Origin: Chitinophagaceae bacterium
GTDB taxonomy: Bacteria > Bacteroidota > Bacteroidia > Chitinophagales > Chitinophagaceae
Assembly (NCBI GenBank): GCA_041743125.1
Contig: JBGTNK010000025.1
Coordinates: forward strand, 5,969 to 69,968
Direction of reading: 5' to 3'
Length of the DNA stretch: 64,000 bases
Positions 40,452 to 49,210 of this stretch are shown piece by piece (the first letter of the stretch is position 1; each line of letters opens with the position of its first letter). The notes below the pieces were generated by a model. That model worked only from the letters and a program-made list of their open reading frames with translations, searched no databases and was not told the DNA's origin. The position numbers and the translations under genes were made by a program.

Positions 40452-41327
40452 ATGCAAATATTAGACGGGAAAAAAGCTGCCCAGGCAATAAAAGATGAAC
40501 TCAGGATACATGTTGCACAGCGGTCAAATGAAGGAAAAAAGATCCCCCACCTGGCAGCAATACTTGTTGGAAAAAATGGGGCAAGTGAAACTTATGTAGC
40601 GGCCAAAGTTAAAGCTTGTGAAGAAACAGGATTTAAGTCCACTCTCATTCGTTTTGAGGGTGACATATCAGAAAACAAATTGCTTGAAAAAATTGAAGAG
40701 TTAAATACAGATCCGGATATAGACGGGATTTTAGTTCAATTGCCATTGCCCAAACATATTTCAGATGAAAAAGTTATTAATACCATTAATCCTGATAAGG
40801 ATGTGGATGGATTTCATCCGGTAAGTATAGGAAAAATGGTTCAGGGTGCACCCACCTTTCTGCCTGCTACACCCTATGGTATCATATTATTGCTTCAACA
40901 TTATAAAATTGATACCAGGGGGAAACATGCCGTAGTAATTGGCAGGAGCAATATCGTGGGCAGGCCCATTAGTTTTTTATTAAGCGCAAATACGAACCCG
41001 GGAAATTGCACGGTTACAATTTGCCATTCGCATACTGGCAATCTTAACGAAATTTGCCTGCAGGGAGATATTATAGTGGCTGCCCTGGGACGACAAGAAT
41101 TTGTAAAAGCAAATATGGTTAAAGAAGGAGCTATTGTTATTGATGTAGGGATCACAAGAGTAGAAGACACTTCAAAAAAAAGTGGATTTAAATTAAAGGG
41201 CGATGTAGCCTACGAGGAAGTATCCCAAAAATCTTCCTGGATAACACCTGTTCCGGGTGGGGTAGGACCTATGACTATTGCAGCTTTAATGAAGAATACT
41301 TTCAAGTCGTGTGTTATGAAGAATTAA
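40452..41327 (+). CDS. folD: Methylenetetrahydrofolate dehydrogenase/cyclohydrolase
   Basis: Motifs [31 protein letters not shown]. Confidence 0.97.
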   Translation: MQILDGKKAAQAIKDELRIHVAQRSNEGKKIPHLAAILVGKNGASETYVAAKVKACEETGFKSTLIRFEGDISENKLLEKIEELNTDPDIDGILVQLPLPKHISDEKVINTINPDKDVDGFHPVSIGKMVQGAPTFLPATPYGIILLLQHYKIDTRGKHAVVIGRSNIVGRPISFLLSANTNPGNCTVTICHSHTGNLNEICLQGDIIVAALGRQEFVKANMVKEGAIVIDVGITRVEDTSKKSGFKLKGDVAYEEVSQKSSWITPVPGGVGPMTIAALMKNTFKSCVMKN

Positions 41328-41348
41328 TTACAATAAGAAAAGGTTGAA

Positions 41349-41972
41349 ATGATTGATTCAATTAAAATAAAGGCGCCACAACTGCCAGTGATGGAGCATT
41401 TTTATACCATTCAGGGAGAGGGATATCACCAGGGAAAGGCAGCATACTTCATTCGTCTTGGAGGATGCGACGTAGGATGTGTATGGTGCGATGTAAAAGA
41501 AAGCTGGGATGCCTCAAAACATCCGTTATACGAATTAGAAAGTTTGGTATCTGCTGTTAAGAGTACCCCGGCAAAAATAGTTGTGATCACCGGTGGCGAA
41601 CCTTTAATCCACAATTTGGATAAGTTGACACTCGCTCTTCAACGTTCAGGATTACAAACAAATATTGAAACCTCAGGATCATCTCCGCTGTCGGGAACCT
41701 GGGACTGGATCTGCCTCTCTCCCAAAAAATTTAAGGAACCGTTGCCCGAAGTGGTAGCGGTTGCTCATGAATTAAAGATCATTGTCTATAATAAATCTGA
41801 TTTGAAATGGGCCGAAAAGTATAAAAAGATGGTATCCTCTCATTGCAGGCTTTATTTGCAGCCTGAATGGAGTAAAGCAAATCAAATAACCTCGCTCCTA
41901 GTCGATTACATAAAAAATAACCCTCAGTGGGAACTAAGCCTCCAGATTCATAAGTACATCAATGTGCCTTAA
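41349..41972 (+). CDS. queE: 7-carboxy-7-deazaguanine synthase (radical SAM)
   Basis: FYTIQGEG, CDVGCVWCD (CxxxCxxC), TGGEP, LSLQIHKYINVP. Confidence 0.93.
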   Translation: MIDSIKIKAPQLPVMEHFYTIQGEGYHQGKAAYFIRLGGCDVGCVWCDVKESWDASKHPLYELESLVSAVKSTPAKIVVITGGEPLIHNLDKLTLALQRSGLQTNIETSGSSPLSGTWDWICLSPKKFKEPLPEVVAVAHELKIIVYNKSDLKWAEKYKKMVSSHCRLYLQPEWSKANQITSLLVDYIKNNPQWELSLQIHKYINVP

Positions 41973-42012
41973 TCCGGGCATATTATCATTGCAGCTCAAA
42001 TTTTGAAAAGGC

Positions 42013-42043
42013 TTTGATTCCTGAAATCCTTATTTTATATTTG
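42013..42043 (+). promoter_or_regulatory. Bacteroidota sigma-ABfr-type promoter
   Basis: TTTG (42013-42016), 19-nt spacer, TATATTTG (42036-42043). Confidence 0.65.
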
Positions 42044-42218
42044 TTCACTGCAAGTAAATTCTTCATCCTTTTATTAACCTTTCTCTTATCCTGTCATGAC
42101 CTGAGTTTTAAGAAAGAGTTAATAGGATATATACTACATAACTAATCGCATCCATTTTATCCTGTCTACGAGACCGCACCTCCAATTCCCATTCTGTACA
42201 CCTTAGAATACTGATAAA

Positions 42219-43031
42219 ATGACTACTAATTACAAGACTCTCAAAGTAAGACAATCCTCAATTGTTATTACCCCTGAAAGGACAGCGATTTATCTATTTG
42301 GTATAGCAGGTTTTCTCTTTGTATTTAATCTGATTAGCATAGTACTCCAAAAAAATCTTGGGTACAATGGCTTTTTTACAAAAGGACTGGTGTATTTGTT
42401 CGACGCAAGTGAAGAATCTAATATTCCTACCTTTTATTCGTCACTCGTTTTAACTGTAGCTGGCGCTCTTTTATTCATGATATACCTGGTTTCAAAACAG
42501 TATGCTCAAAAATATGTAAATCACTGGTTACTTTTAAGTTTAATTCTTTTCTTTCTGGCTGTGGATGAATCAATAAGTATCCATGAAAAATTTAATAAAA
42601 TTGGCCATTATATTAAACCAGATCCTGAAGGTTATCTAAAATATCCATGGATATTGCCTTATGGTTTATTTGTTTTTGTTGCCTGTGGCATTTTTGCCAA
42701 ATTTGTATTTGCATTACCGAAAAAAACCAGAAACCTATTTATTAGTTCCTCTATTATTTACATTACTGCAACAATAGGTTTTGAAATAATAGAGGGCCAT
42801 GTCATTGCAATTTTTGGAGTAAAATCTTATTATTATTTGATATGCGCTTTAGAAGAGTTCCTGGAAATGACCGGCATAATCATTTTTATTTATGCCTTGC
42901 TTGATTATGTTACTTTTTTTAAATCTTACTTCGTATTTAGCCGACCTGAAAAAGAAGTAACTCCTCAAATGAAATTCAACCGAAATCAAGTCAATAGAGA
43001 AGCCTTTGTTTTTACAAAATATAATAATTAA
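42219..43031 (+). CDS. Hypothetical multi-pass membrane protein
   Basis: 270 aa with about 6 hydrophobic segments; E.NIPTFYSS and AVDESISIHE motifs. Confidence 0.75.
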   Translation: MTTNYKTLKVRQSSIVITPERTAIYLFGIAGFLFVFNLISIVLQKNLGYNGFFTKGLVYLFDASEESNIPTFYSSLVLTVAGALLFMIYLVSKQYAQKYVNHWLLLSLILFFLAVDESISIHEKFNKIGHYIKPDPEGYLKYPWILPYGLFVFVACGIFAKFVFALPKKTRNLFISSSIIYITATIGFEIIEGHVIAIFGVKSYYYLICALEEFLEMTGIIIFIYALLDYVTFFKSYFVFSRPEKEVTPQMKFNRNQVNREAFVFTKYNN

Positions 43032-43186
43032 AATTTACCGGATTATATCCATTGAATGCCAATCTGCCGGGCATTTCTCGTAAAGAATATCTAAAGTTTA
43101 GTGTTCATACTATCAAAGATGGGCTCAAAAGAATAACAGGAATAAAAATCCGTTAGTTTCGTTATGAATAAGAAATATCCGGATCA

Positions 43187-45103
43187 ATGAAAAAAGCAAT
43201 TCTTTTTCTAACAACCTATGTTTTGATTAGTGGTTCGTTTTCTCAGGCATACGATCCTTATAAAGTCAACAAAAAGGCTATCACAATATATAACCAGGCT
43301 TTAGAGCAGGCGCAGGATGGCCACCTTGACAATGCAGCTGAATTGCTTAAGATATCCATTCAGACGGACAATAATTATCTGGACGCTTATTTATCTCTTG
43401 CCGGAGTGTATGGGCAATTAAAAAACTATTCCTCCAGCATAGAATATTATGAAAAGGCTTTTGCCAGGGATCCTGCTTATACGGCAGAGTATAAACTTCC
43501 CTATTCAATCAACCTCGCGGGCCAGGGAGAATTTGAAAAAGCATTGAATGCGATCAATGAACTATTGGAGAAAAATCCTCCTAAAAATTCTAACTCCTTT
43601 AAGGCAGCTGAATATCGCAAACGTTGTTATGAATTTGCCGTTGAATATTCAAAAAAAAATCCGAACAAGAATTACATTTTTTCCCCTGTAAATATGGGTC
43701 CTGAAATCAACAGCGTGGAATCAGAATATTTTCCCTCGCTGACTATAGATAGCAAGGAATTGGTCTTTACACGAAGACTTAAAGGTATGAACGAAGATTT
43801 TTTCAGCAGCCGGCGGGATACGGGTCAATGGACAAAATCAAAACCAATAGAAGGTTATGTGAATTCTGAGCAAAATGAAGGCGCTCAAAATATTTCCCAG
43901 GATGGTCAATGGCTGGTTTTTACAGGCTGCAACCGTCCGCAGGGATTTGGTAGTTGCGATATTTATATTTCCTACCTCCAAAAAGAAGGATGGAGTGAAC
44001 CCGTGAATGCAGGAGGATGGGTGAATTCAGATCAATGGGACTCACAACCTTGTTTATCCCCTGATAAGAGAGAGCTTTATTTTGCCAGCCGCAGACCAGG
44101 AGGTTTTGGAGGAAGTGATATTTATATATCCAGGTTACAAGCCAATGGAAAATGGGGAGAAGCTGAGAACCTGGGTGAAGGAATAAATACCAGCGGTGAT
44201 GAACAAAGTCCCTTCATTCATGCGGATAATCAAACCCTTTATTTTACTTCCAACTACTGGCCGGGTTATGGCGATGATGATTTGTTTTATGTGAAAAAAG
44301 GGCCCATGGGCGACTGGAGTAAACCAATCAACCTGGGTTACCCCATTAATACGATTAGCCGGGAAGGAACATTATTTGTTTCCGCCAGCGGAGAAACCGC
44401 TTATTATGCAAGTGACCGAAATGACACAAAAGGCGGGATGGATATTTACACTTTTCAATTGCGGGAGGACATTCGCCCCCATAAAACATTATGGATAAAA
44501 GGACAGGTCTTTGATAAAAAAACTTCAGTGGGATTACCTTCTGCCGTCGAGCTGATTGATATGGCTTCGAAACAAACCATTTCAAAAGTGCAAACCGATG
44601 AAAAAGGATATTACCTGATCACCTTGCCTGTTGGAAAGGATTATGCGTTTAATGTAAACCGTAAAGGATATTTATTTTATTCTGATAATTTCTTTCTGAG
44701 TCTACATTCCAGGGACTCGGTTTATCAAAAAAACATTCCTTTACAACCCCTGGAAGAAAATGCTTCCGTTGTGCTGAATAACATATTTTTTGACGTCAAT
44801 AAATTTGAGATCAAATCCACATCCATGGCAGAACTGGATAAAATAGTTCAATTGCTAAATGATAATCCAACTTTAAAAATTGAAATTTCAGGCCATACAG
44901 ATAATGCAGGCAAACCGGCAGATAATTTAATTCTGTCAAATAACAGGGCAAAAACTGTGGTTAGTTACCTCATCAATAACAGGATCAGCCCACAGCGGCT
45001 TACCTATAAAGGTTTTGGCGAAAAACAACCCGTTGCAGATAATAGCACGGAAGATGGCAGGTCAAAAAACCGGAGAACCGAATTGAAAGTAGTTAGCCGG
45101 TAA
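43187..45103 (+). CDS. TPR + PD40 propeller + carboxypeptidase-regulatory-like + OmpA_C protein (PorE-like architecture)
   Basis: N-terminal TPR helices; five PD40-like repeats (e.g. QPCLSPDKRELYFAS); IKGQVFDKKT; OmpA motif IEISGHTDN...LSNNRA...GFGEKQP...NRRTE. Confidence 0.88.
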   Translation: MKKAILFLTTYVLISGSFSQAYDPYKVNKKAITIYNQALEQAQDGHLDNAAELLKISIQTDNNYLDAYLSLAGVYGQLKNYSSSIEYYEKAFARDPAYTAEYKLPYSINLAGQGEFEKALNAINELLEKNPPKNSNSFKAAEYRKRCYEFAVEYSKKNPNKNYIFSPVNMGPEINSVESEYFPSLTIDSKELVFTRRLKGMNEDFFSSRRDTGQWTKSKPIEGYVNSEQNEGAQNISQDGQWLVFTGCNRPQGFGSCDIYISYLQKEGWSEPVNAGGWVNSDQWDSQPCLSPDKRELYFASRRPGGFGGSDIYISRLQANGKWGEAENLGEGINTSGDEQSPFIHADNQTLYFTSNYWPGYGDDDLFYVKKGPMGDWSKPINLGYPINTISREGTLFVSASGETAYYASDRNDTKGGMDIYTFQLREDIRPHKTLWIKGQVFDKKTSVGLPSAVELIDMASKQTISKVQTDEKGYYLITLPVGKDYAFNVNRKGYLFYSDNFFLSLHSRDSVYQKNIPLQPLEENASVVLNNIFFDVNKFEIKSTSMAELDKIVQLLNDNPTLKIEISGHTDNAGKPADNLILSNNRAKTVVSYLINNRISPQRLTYKGFGEKQPVADNSTEDGRSKNRRTELKVVSR

Positions 45104-45119
45104 AAATATTAGTCGCTGA

Positions 45120-45141
45120 AAATGTCATTAAATGTCATTAA
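45120..45141. repeat. Tandem 10-bp direct repeat upstream of dprA
   Basis: AATGTCATTA twice at 45121-45140; each copy contains the palindrome AATG-T-CATT. Confidence 0.75.
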
Positions 45142-45240
45142 GCAATTCAGACAATAAACTAGTACGGCATCAATATTAATAAAAATTATCCCAAAAATCT
45201 GACGCTTCAATTTGTAACTTCATCATGATATATTTATCAA

Positions 45241-46341
45241 ATGAATGATGAATTGCTTTTCCAGATTTCTTTAACCCTCATTCCTAATATTGGACCCGTT
45301 CAGGCAAAGATTCTGTTACAGCTATACGATGCTCCCGATATTTTTAAAGCAAAAAAAAGGGAGCTTGAAAAAATAGAAGGCGTGGGTTCTGTGAGAGCTG
45401 CATCCATAAAAGCATTTTCTGATTTTTCAAAAGCAGAAGAAGAAATCGCCTTTATTGAAAAATATAAGATCAAACCGCTTTTCATTACACATAAGGATTA
45501 CCCCAAACGGCTGTTAAATTGCTTCGACTCGCCTACCCTTTTGTATTATAAAGGAGAAGTAGATCTTAACCAGGGAAAAGTTATTGCAGTGGTTGGTACC
45601 CGTAACCATACCGATTACGGAAAACAAATAACAGAAAAATTAATTGAAGAATTAAAGGAACAAAATGTAATTGTAGTAAGCGGACTTGCTTATGGAATTG
45701 ATGCCCTTGCGCATAAGGCAGCCATGAAAAATAATCTATTAACAGTCGGCGTTCTTGCACATGGACTGGACCAGGTTTATCCCAATCAACATACCGGCAT
45801 GGCAAAAGAAATGATCAAATCTGGCAGTGGCCTGATTACGGAATATAAAAGTAAAACCAAGCCGGATAAACATAATTTTCCTACCCGGAACCGTATTGTT
45901 GCAGGAATGACCGATGTTACAATTGTAGTAGAAACAGGAATAAAAGGCGGTAGCATGATAACAGCAGAACTAGCCAATAATTACAATAAAGATGTTTTTG
46001 CTTTTCCCGGAAAAGTAAATGATGTTAAAAGTGAAGGGTGCAATTACCTGATCAAAAACAATAAAGCCGTTTTGCTGACAGACGCTCAGGAGGTGATAGA
46101 ATGGATGGGATGGGAAGAACGAAAAAACCCTACCATTAAAAAGCAAAAGGAACTATTTATTGAATTGAGCAACGACGAAAAAATAATAATTGAGATATTA
46201 AAGGATAAACCTTCCGTGCATATTGATGAAATAAATTTCAAAAGTGGTATGAGCAGCAGTTCTGTGGCAGCTGCTATCCTGGGCCTTGAACTACAAAACG
46301 TTGTGTTATCTTTACCTGGTAAGCAATACCGCATCGCCTGA
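45241..46341 (+). CDS. dprA: DNA-processing protein DprA
   Basis: Motifs AVVGTR, VSGLAYGID, FPTRNRIVAG, GGSMITA; C-terminal winged-helix segment. Confidence 0.96.
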   Translation: MNDELLFQISLTLIPNIGPVQAKILLQLYDAPDIFKAKKRELEKIEGVGSVRAASIKAFSDFSKAEEEIAFIEKYKIKPLFITHKDYPKRLLNCFDSPTLLYYKGEVDLNQGKVIAVVGTRNHTDYGKQITEKLIEELKEQNVIVVSGLAYGIDALAHKAAMKNNLLTVGVLAHGLDQVYPNQHTGMAKEMIKSGSGLITEYKSKTKPDKHNFPTRNRIVAGMTDVTIVVETGIKGGSMITAELANNYNKDVFAFPGKVNDVKSEGCNYLIKNNKAVLLTDAQEVIEWMGWEERKNPTIKKQKELFIELSNDEKIIIEILKDKPSVHIDEINFKSGMSSSSVAAAILGLELQNVVLSLPGKQYRIA

Positions 46342-46424
46342 GAATTTAAACCAGGCAACGTAAAAATCAAATTAATTGTCAGTGTTATAGCCCATATTTT
46401 TTGCTATTTTACGTTCATACCAAT

Positions 46425-48455
46425 ATGAGACAAAAGCCCGGAATCTTACTCCTCTTCATTTTTCTTTGCCTTCAGATAAATACAGCGTTGGGCCAGGCTT
46501 GCTCCACATTGGGTCAAACACCTGCCACCGCTTTTCCTGTTTGCGGTACTACCAAATTTGACCAGGATAATGTACCACTCTGCAGTACCAACAGCCTCTT
46601 TGTTCCGGGTTGCTCAGGAAATGGGAATGCCAACTATGAAAACAGGAACCCTTTCTGGTATAAATTCACCTGCTATGTCCCGGGAACTCTTGGATTTGTG
46701 ATTACACCAAAAGATCCTGCTGACGATTATGACTGGCAACTTTATGATGTAACCGGGCTGGATCCGCAAGAGGTTTTCACCAACCGGAATATCATCGTTT
46801 CCGGCAACTGGGCTGGCAATCCCGGGCCAACGGGTACATCAGCTACCGGAGTTAATTTTATTCAATGTGCATCGGCCTACAACGGAACGGAATCCCGTTT
46901 TGCAAAAATGCCTGAATTGATCGCAGGCCATGAATACATTTTACTGGTCAGTCATTTTACCAATTCACAAAGCGGCTATTCCCTGTCATTTGCCGGAGGA
47001 ACAGCAATCATTACCGATCCGGCTGAGCCTCATCTTCAAAAAGCGTCGCCCGCCTGCGACGGATCAAAGATTACGCTAAAACTGAATAAAAAAATGAGAT
47101 GCAGTAGTTTGAGTTCAACGGGCAGTGAGTTTAGTCTCTCGCCAGCTCTTACTACTATCGTTTCCGCAGTTGCAGCTAATTGTTCCTCATCATTTGACTT
47201 TGATGAACTGACGCTTATTCTGGCATCACCATTACCCTCGGCAAATTATCAACTCATAATAAATAAGGGAAGTGATAACAATTCTTTGCTTGACAATTGT
47301 GAAAGAGCAATACCCGATGCTGAGCAAACCAGTTTTGCATATACTATTCCACGGCCCATACCTATTGACAGCGTCGGCAAAACGGGATGTGCTCCCAATG
47401 CTATAAAATTATATTTCAGCAAGAAAATTGATTGCAGTTCCATTGCCGCAAACGGCAGTAATTTTTTGATTAGCGGCCCAACTCCTGTTAATGTAATATC
47501 TGCGGCAGGTGATTGCTCTAACGGTTTAAGCAATATTATTACTGTAATTTTTCAAAACCCTGTTTATACAAAAGGTCTTTATACAGTTACTCCAAAATTA
47601 AGCGTTAACGGAGGTGCAGTTATTGATGAATGTGGTAAGATTATACAACCTTTGCCTGTTACGTTTACTACCAGCGATACCGTCTCGGCCAGGTTCAATT
47701 ATAGCAATAAATTAGGCTGCCGGTTTGACACCCTGGCCTTTTCACATAATGGTGCTCATGATGTAAATAAATGGGACTGGACCTTTAACAACAACATTAC
47801 TCATCATACACCTTCTCATTCTATTATTTTTCCTGCAAGCAGCACCAATATTGTACAATTAAAAGTGACCAACGATGTTTGCAGTGACTCTGTATCCAAT
47901 TCTATTGTTTTAGACAATGAGGTAAAAGTTGATTTTAAGATGCCTGATTTTATATGTCCGGAGGATCTTTTTATGGCTGAAAATACCAGTACAGGACTAA
48001 TTGATTCCTGGAGATGGAACTATGATATTCTCCATTCCAGCCGGTTAAAAACTCCTGCTCCATTTACATTCCCGGCCAACAATATTGAGTCTGCCTACAT
48101 GATCAAACTGGTAGCTACAAATAACACATTTGGGTGCAGCGATAGCATTAGTAAAAGATTAATGGTATTTGATAATTGCTTTATAGCAGTACCTACTGCA
48201 TTTACACCCAATGGTGACGGGTTAAACGATTATTTATTCCCCAACAATGCATTAAAAGCCGAAAACCTGGAATTTAAAGTTTTCAACCGCTGGGGCCAGC
48301 AGGTTTTTTCAACCCGTAGCTGGCAGGATAAATGGAATGGAAACTTTAAAGGCATTCAGCAAAACTCGGGGGTGTTTGTATGGTTCCTGAGTTATACACT
48401 CCGCGGTACAGATAAACAAATTTTTCGAAAAGGAACCACTATGCTTATTCGTTAG
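46425..48455 (+). CDS. T9SS type-B CTD (gliding-motility-associated C-terminal domain) cargo protein, Cys-rich with Ig-like/PKD domains
   Basis: C-terminal IAVPTAFTPNGDGLND...VFNRWGQQVF...WNG...GVFVW...KGTTMLIR. Two homologous Cys-containing Ig-like units at about 47050-47660. ATG at 46425 chosen as start. Confidence 0.88.
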   Translation: MRQKPGILLLFIFLCLQINTALGQACSTLGQTPATAFPVCGTTKFDQDNVPLCSTNSLFVPGCSGNGNANYENRNPFWYKFTCYVPGTLGFVITPKDPADDYDWQLYDVTGLDPQEVFTNRNIIVSGNWAGNPGPTGTSATGVNFIQCASAYNGTESRFAKMPELIAGHEYILLVSHFTNSQSGYSLSFAGGTAIITDPAEPHLQKASPACDGSKITLKLNKKMRCSSLSSTGSEFSLSPALTTIVSAVAANCSSSFDFDELTLILASPLPSANYQLIINKGSDNNSLLDNCERAIPDAEQTSFAYTIPRPIPIDSVGKTGCAPNAIKLYFSKKIDCSSIAANGSNFLISGPTPVNVISAAGDCSNGLSNIITVIFQNPVYTKGLYTVTPKLSVNGGAVIDECGKIIQPLPVTFTTSDTVSARFNYSNKLGCRFDTLAFSHNGAHDVNKWDWTFNNNITHHTPSHSIIFPASSTNIVQLKVTNDVCSDSVSNSIVLDNEVKVDFKMPDFICPEDLFMAENTSTGLIDSWRWNYDILHSSRLKTPAPFTFPANNIESAYMIKLVATNNTFGCSDSISKRLMVFDNCFIAVPTAFTPNGDGLNDYLFPNNALKAENLEFKVFNRWGQQVFSTRSWQDKWNGNFKGIQQNSGVFVWFLSYTLRGTDKQIFRKGTTMLIR

Positions 48456-48590
48456 GTGCCTCCCAACCTGATCACTTTAAAAAGAAAGCCTCCTGCTTTT
48501 TAAAAAAAAACTTACCGTTTTTAAAAGGGAAGTTTGACTATTAATCATTTTCAAATTCCCGCTTTTGCGATTTCTCCTATTTTCGCAGCT

Positions 48591-49172
48591 ATGATAGCAT
48601 ATCTGAAAGGTGATTTTGTAAATAAAACCCCGGCCGCAGTGCAGCTTGATGTCAACGGGATCGGTTATGATGTACAGATTACGCTCAATACATATAGCCG
48701 GATACAACATTTAGAAAAAGGACTATTACATACTATATTGATCATCCGGGAAGATGCACATATACTTTACGGTTTTTTTGAGGTGGCAGAAAAAGAGATG
48801 TTTTTGCAATTGACAAGCGTTTCTGGCATTGGCGCTTCAACCGCCCGGGTCATGCTTTCATATATGAAACCAGATGAGCTGGCAAGTGCCATTATACTTT
48901 CCGACATCAGGACCCTGGAGAGTATTAAAGGAATAGGCAAGAAAACGGCGGAAAGAATGGTGCTGGAGCTAAAGGATAAACTGGTAAAACACCCCATCGA
49001 ATCAAATATTTCCCCATTGAGAAGCAATACATTGCAACAAGATGCGTTAAATGCACTGACAGCTTTGGGCATCAACCGGTCGGCTGCTGAACAGGCTGTA
49101 AAAAAGGTGCTGGCTTCGGAGCCGGGTTTGCCCGTTGAAGAGTTGATCAAAAAATCACTGCGTAGCCTCTAA
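48591..49172 (+). CDS. ruvA: Holliday junction branch migration protein RuvA
   Basis: MIAYLKG start preceded by TATTTTCG box (48578-48585); LDVNGIGY, VSGIG, IKGIGKKTAERMVLELKDK. Confidence 0.96.
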   Translation: MIAYLKGDFVNKTPAAVQLDVNGIGYDVQITLNTYSRIQHLEKGLLHTILIIREDAHILYGFFEVAEKEMFLQLTSVSGIGASTARVMLSYMKPDELASAIILSDIRTLESIKGIGKKTAERMVLELKDKLVKHPIESNISPLRSNTLQQDALNALTALGINRSAAEQAVKKVLASEPGLPVEELIKKSLRSL

Positions 49173-49210
49173 CGAACAATTATTACTGGACTAATTGATT
49201 CTGAGAATAC

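Noticed and set aside
40323-41348. THF/ZTP or preQ1 riboswitch ahead of folD or queE
   Set aside because: The folD promoter box sits 4 nt from the ATG and the queE gap is only 21 bp, leaving no room for an aptamer.
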